A stretch of DNA of 64,000 nt, taken from Candidatus Sericytochromatia bacterium. Its GTDB lineage: Bacteria; Cyanobacteriota; Sericytochromatia; S15B-MN24; VGJW01. Numbering within the stretch: the stretch's first letter is position 1; each line of letters starts with the position of its first letter. The stretch covers positions 1 to 64,000 of the forward strand of contig JAYKHS010000015.1 of NCBI GenBank assembly GCA_035285865.1, read 5' to 3'. This document shows positions 61,451 through 64,000 of the stretch, in pieces. Under the pieces are notes generated by a model. The model did not search any database. It was given only the letters and a program-made list of their open reading frames with translations, and was not told the origin of the DNA. The position numbers and the translations under genes are program-made.

Positions 61451-62800
61451 GTGGAGGGCGCATCCGTGACGCGCTGGATCATCGACGACGCGGAACAGCG
61501 CCGGGCCATCCTGAGCCTGCTCGGGCTCGAGGACCGGGATCCGGAGCTTGGCTTGATGGTGACGCTGGGTTCGGAAACCGAAGCTGGCGTGGCCATCAAG
61601 GACCCGCTCACGGGCCTGATGACCCATTCCGTTTTTCTTGATGCCCTGCAGCGTCAGGAAGCGACCAGCCGGCGTTATGCCGAGTCCTACAGCCTGCTGC
61701 GCGTCGATATCGACGGATTTGCCGCGGTGAATGCCGCCCAGGGCTATGGTAAGGGCGATGCGTGGCTGGCCGAGGTGGCCAGCGTGATCCACGAGTGCAT
61801 CCGCGTCAGCGATCTGGGCGCACGGCTGGCTGGGGACGATCTGGCTGTCCTCCTTCCCCAGACCGATCAGGACGGTGCGTGGATTCTGGCCGAGCGCATC
61901 CGCGAGGCTGTCGCGGTGCGCAAGGAGGCGTCGCTGGCTGACAACCAAGCGAGTGGTGCCGTAAGCATCGGCCTTGCCGAAGCGCGCCCGGGCGAGGCCC
62001 ATGGGGCGTTGATCCAGCGGGTCGAGTGGGCTCTGGCATCAGCCAAGGAGGCTGGGGGCAACAGGGTCGTGCGTGCCGGCGAAGAGACGCCCCCGGACGC
62101 CTCTGCGGTCAGCCGAGGCCTCCAGTTCCGTCGTGAAGCCCTGGTGGATGCCATTGAGGCCCTTGCCGGTGTCGTCGAGGCCAAGGATGGCTATACGTCG
62201 AGCCATAGCGTCGCCGTAGCCGAGTACGCCACGCGGCTTGCCACCCGTGTCGGGTATGCCGGCGATCGGCTGGAGACCTTCCGCCTGGCCGCCCGACTGC
62301 ACGACCTGGGCAAGATCGGCGTTCCCGACGCCATCCTGAAGAAGGCCGGTCCGTTGTCGGATGAGGAGTGGGAGTTGATGCAGCAGCACCCCTCGATGGG
62401 CCGTCGCATTCTGGGCAACACCCGCCACTTCAGCAGCGTCCTGCCGGCCATGGTCTACCATCACGAACGGTGGGACGGCCGGGGCTATCCCGAGGGTCTT
62501 GCCGGCGAGGCCATCCCGCTGGATGCACGCATCGTCTGCATTGCCGACGCCTACGGAGCCATGGTGGATGACCGGCCCTATCGCAAGGGTCTCGGGCATC
62601 AGACGGCCTGCTCGATCCTGCAGAAGGGAGCCGGACTCCAGTTCGACCCGCATCTCGTCGAGGTCTTCGTGGCCATGATTGCCGAGGAAGAGCTGGGCAG
62701 CCTGCGCATCGAGAACGCCGATGCGCCGGTTTCCACCGGCCCTACCCGTGCCGACCTTGCCAACGAGGAAGCGCTCAGGACCGGGGCCGCCAAGGACTGA
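61451..62800 (+). CDS. Degenerate GGDEF plus HD-GYP cyclic-di-GMP phosphodiesterase
   Basis: DPLTGL, DIDGF..VN, RVSD I-site, AGDDL in place of GGDEF; HS..VA, HDLGKIG, HHERWDGRGYP, QFDP. Confidence 0.92.
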   Translation: MEGASVTRWIIDDAEQRRAILSLLGLEDRDPELGLMVTLGSETEAGVAIKDPLTGLMTHSVFLDALQRQEATSRRYAESYSLLRVDIDGFAAVNAAQGYGKGDAWLAEVASVIHECIRVSDLGARLAGDDLAVLLPQTDQDGAWILAERIREAVAVRKEASLADNQASGAVSIGLAEARPGEAHGALIQRVEWALASAKEAGGNRVVRAGEETPPDASAVSRGLQFRREALVDAIEALAGVVEAKDGYTSSHSVAVAEYATRLATRVGYAGDRLETFRLAARLHDLGKIGVPDAILKKAGPLSDEEWELMQQHPSMGRRILGNTRHFSSVLPAMVYHHERWDGRGYPEGLAGEAIPLDARIVCIADAYGAMVDDRPYRKGLGHQTACSILQKGAGLQFDPHLVEVFVAMIAEEELGSLRIENADAPVSTGPTRADLANEEALRTGAAKD

Positions 62801-62843
62801 CGGGTACCGCGGCGTTGCGTCCGGCAGTCGTCCAGTGACTCAG

Positions 62844-63941
62844 CTAATGCTCGGCCCAGCGCGTGAGCAGGTCGACCGCACGCCTCGCCCCGGCGGCTGC
62901 ATCAGGACCTTCCACGGGCAGGGTCAGTATGCGCCGCGCTAGCCAGTGGCTGTCCGGGAAGGACGCAGCCGCGACCTCATTCGGCACCTCCCAGTGCACG
63001 GTGGTTTCGATGCCCTCTCGCAACAGCAGCTGCTTCAGAGCTTCGCGAGACTCGGACCAGATGGGGAATCCGTAGGGCACCACTGTAGGCGGCAGATCCG
63101 GCATGACCTGTTGCAGGCCAGGAAGACCCTTGAGGCCGCGCTGATAGACAAGGTAAGCCTCGCGCCGACTGGCCCGCCATGTGATGGGGTCGAAGTCCTG
63201 CAGGCGTGCAAGGGGCTCCCCGGCGAGCGCCACGGGGCGGACCGGAGAGACATCCATGCCCATCTCGTCTTCGGCAATGCGGGCCATGGCTGCCTGCCAG
63301 GCCGCGCGGTCGCCGGCCACCGCCGCACGCTCCTTGGCCTGACGCAACTGCGTCAGCCTGTCCCATCGACGGAGGACATCCGCACCCGGCTGGGGCAGCG
63401 GCGGGATGTCGACACGATCCAGCAGGAACCCGCCGGCCGGCATCGGCCCGAACTTGCGGAAGCTGCCGATGGCCCAGCGGCCCCGCGTCCAGTTCTGCGG
63501 ATCCAGCAGGCCTTGCACGGCGTCTTCGAGCACCGGCAGGCCAAGTCCGTAGATCCAGTCCGGGGCGGGAAACCCGAAATAATGGACGACGTGGATGGAG
63601 CCTGCACCACGCTTCAGGGTCATCAGGGCTTCGCGGTCCGGGACGAGGTTCCGATCGACCGGGTAGAAGCGGACCCCGCGTGAGGCCTGCAAGTAAGGCT
63701 GAACCATCGAGCGGCAGCCGTAGGCGGGCACCAGGACCGCACCGGGCGGTGCCAGGTGTCTTTCCCACCAGGCAGCGGCCTCGCGGCCGGAGCCTGCAAG
63801 CACGACCTGATCGCGGTGGAGCCCCAGCAGGCGCAGCATCCGCTCCTGGGCCGCGGGCGACAAGGGGGGCGCTGTTCCCCCTATGCCGGGGGGGCCTCCG
63901 TGGAGGCGCTGACTGGGCGACGAGGCATCGGCGGCGGGCAC
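62844..63941 (-). CDS. DegT/DnrJ-like PLP-dependent aminotransferase-family protein
   Basis: SGR.A, VPAY.C, VVHYFGF, EDAVQ, SFRKF....GG, HW, ILTLP. Start uncertain. Confidence 0.7.
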   Translation of the reverse strand: MPAADASSPSQRLHGGPPGIGGTAPPLSPAAQERMLRLLGLHRDQVVLAGSGREAAAWWERHLAPPGAVLVPAYGCRSMVQPYLQASRGVRFYPVDRNLVPDREALMTLKRGAGSIHVVHYFGFPAPDWIYGLGLPVLEDAVQGLLDPQNWTRGRWAIGSFRKFGPMPAGGFLLDRVDIPPLPQPGADVLRRWDRLTQLRQAKERAAVAGDRAAWQAAMARIAEDEMGMDVSPVRPVALAGEPLARLQDFDPITWRASRREAYLVYQRGLKGLPGLQQVMPDLPPTVVPYGFPIWSESREALKQLLLREGIETTVHWEVPNEVAAASFPDSHWLARRILTLPVEGPDAAAGARRAVDLLTRWAEH

Positions 63942-64000
63942 GGCCCCATCTTGCGCAAGGGTTGCTCGATCGTCAATCCGATGCCCGGTCTCCGAGGGTT

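Overview
GC-rich window from a diderm bacterium (lpt LPS-export genes are present). The mix of Bacillus-like gene orders (DUF1934-argS; a yng-like leucine catabolism cluster), a single LptF/G permease and an Asn-rich hexapeptide-repeat lipoprotein suggests a Terrabacteria-type diderm such as a non-photosynthetic cyanobacterial relative (e.g. Sericytochromatia). That placement is inference only. Most of the window is core metabolism and information processing: prfC, nadAB, hflX, plsC, purA, dnaB, rplI, yajQ, rlmH, argS, a large NAD-GDH, miaE, acyl-CoA carboxylase/HMG-CoA lyase genes, lptCAB-F/G, ahcY, a DEAD-box helicase and fbaB. The first 5.4 kb is an accessory region: the left end of an IS256 element, then a WYL regulator divergent from a DUF6745-like ORF that runs in frame into a second, separately initiable domain. 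This is the best candidate for an undescribed stress or anti-phage module. Other notable items are a Rdx/SelW-family selenoprotein (CxxU, in-frame UGA, SECIS-like hairpin) missing from the ORF track; a secreted protein with a FrpC-like self-processing module that has Ser-Pro instead of Asp-Pro; a 1132-aa protein with an MshEN-like domain split by a beta-propeller; a vWA plus J-domain/HEAT gene pair; an MBL-fold phosphodiesterase with two cNMP-binding domains; and recurring extended -10, leaderless and bidirectional promoter signatures. No rRNA, tRNA or CRISPR array was seen. All family calls come from motif recognition by eye, not database searches.
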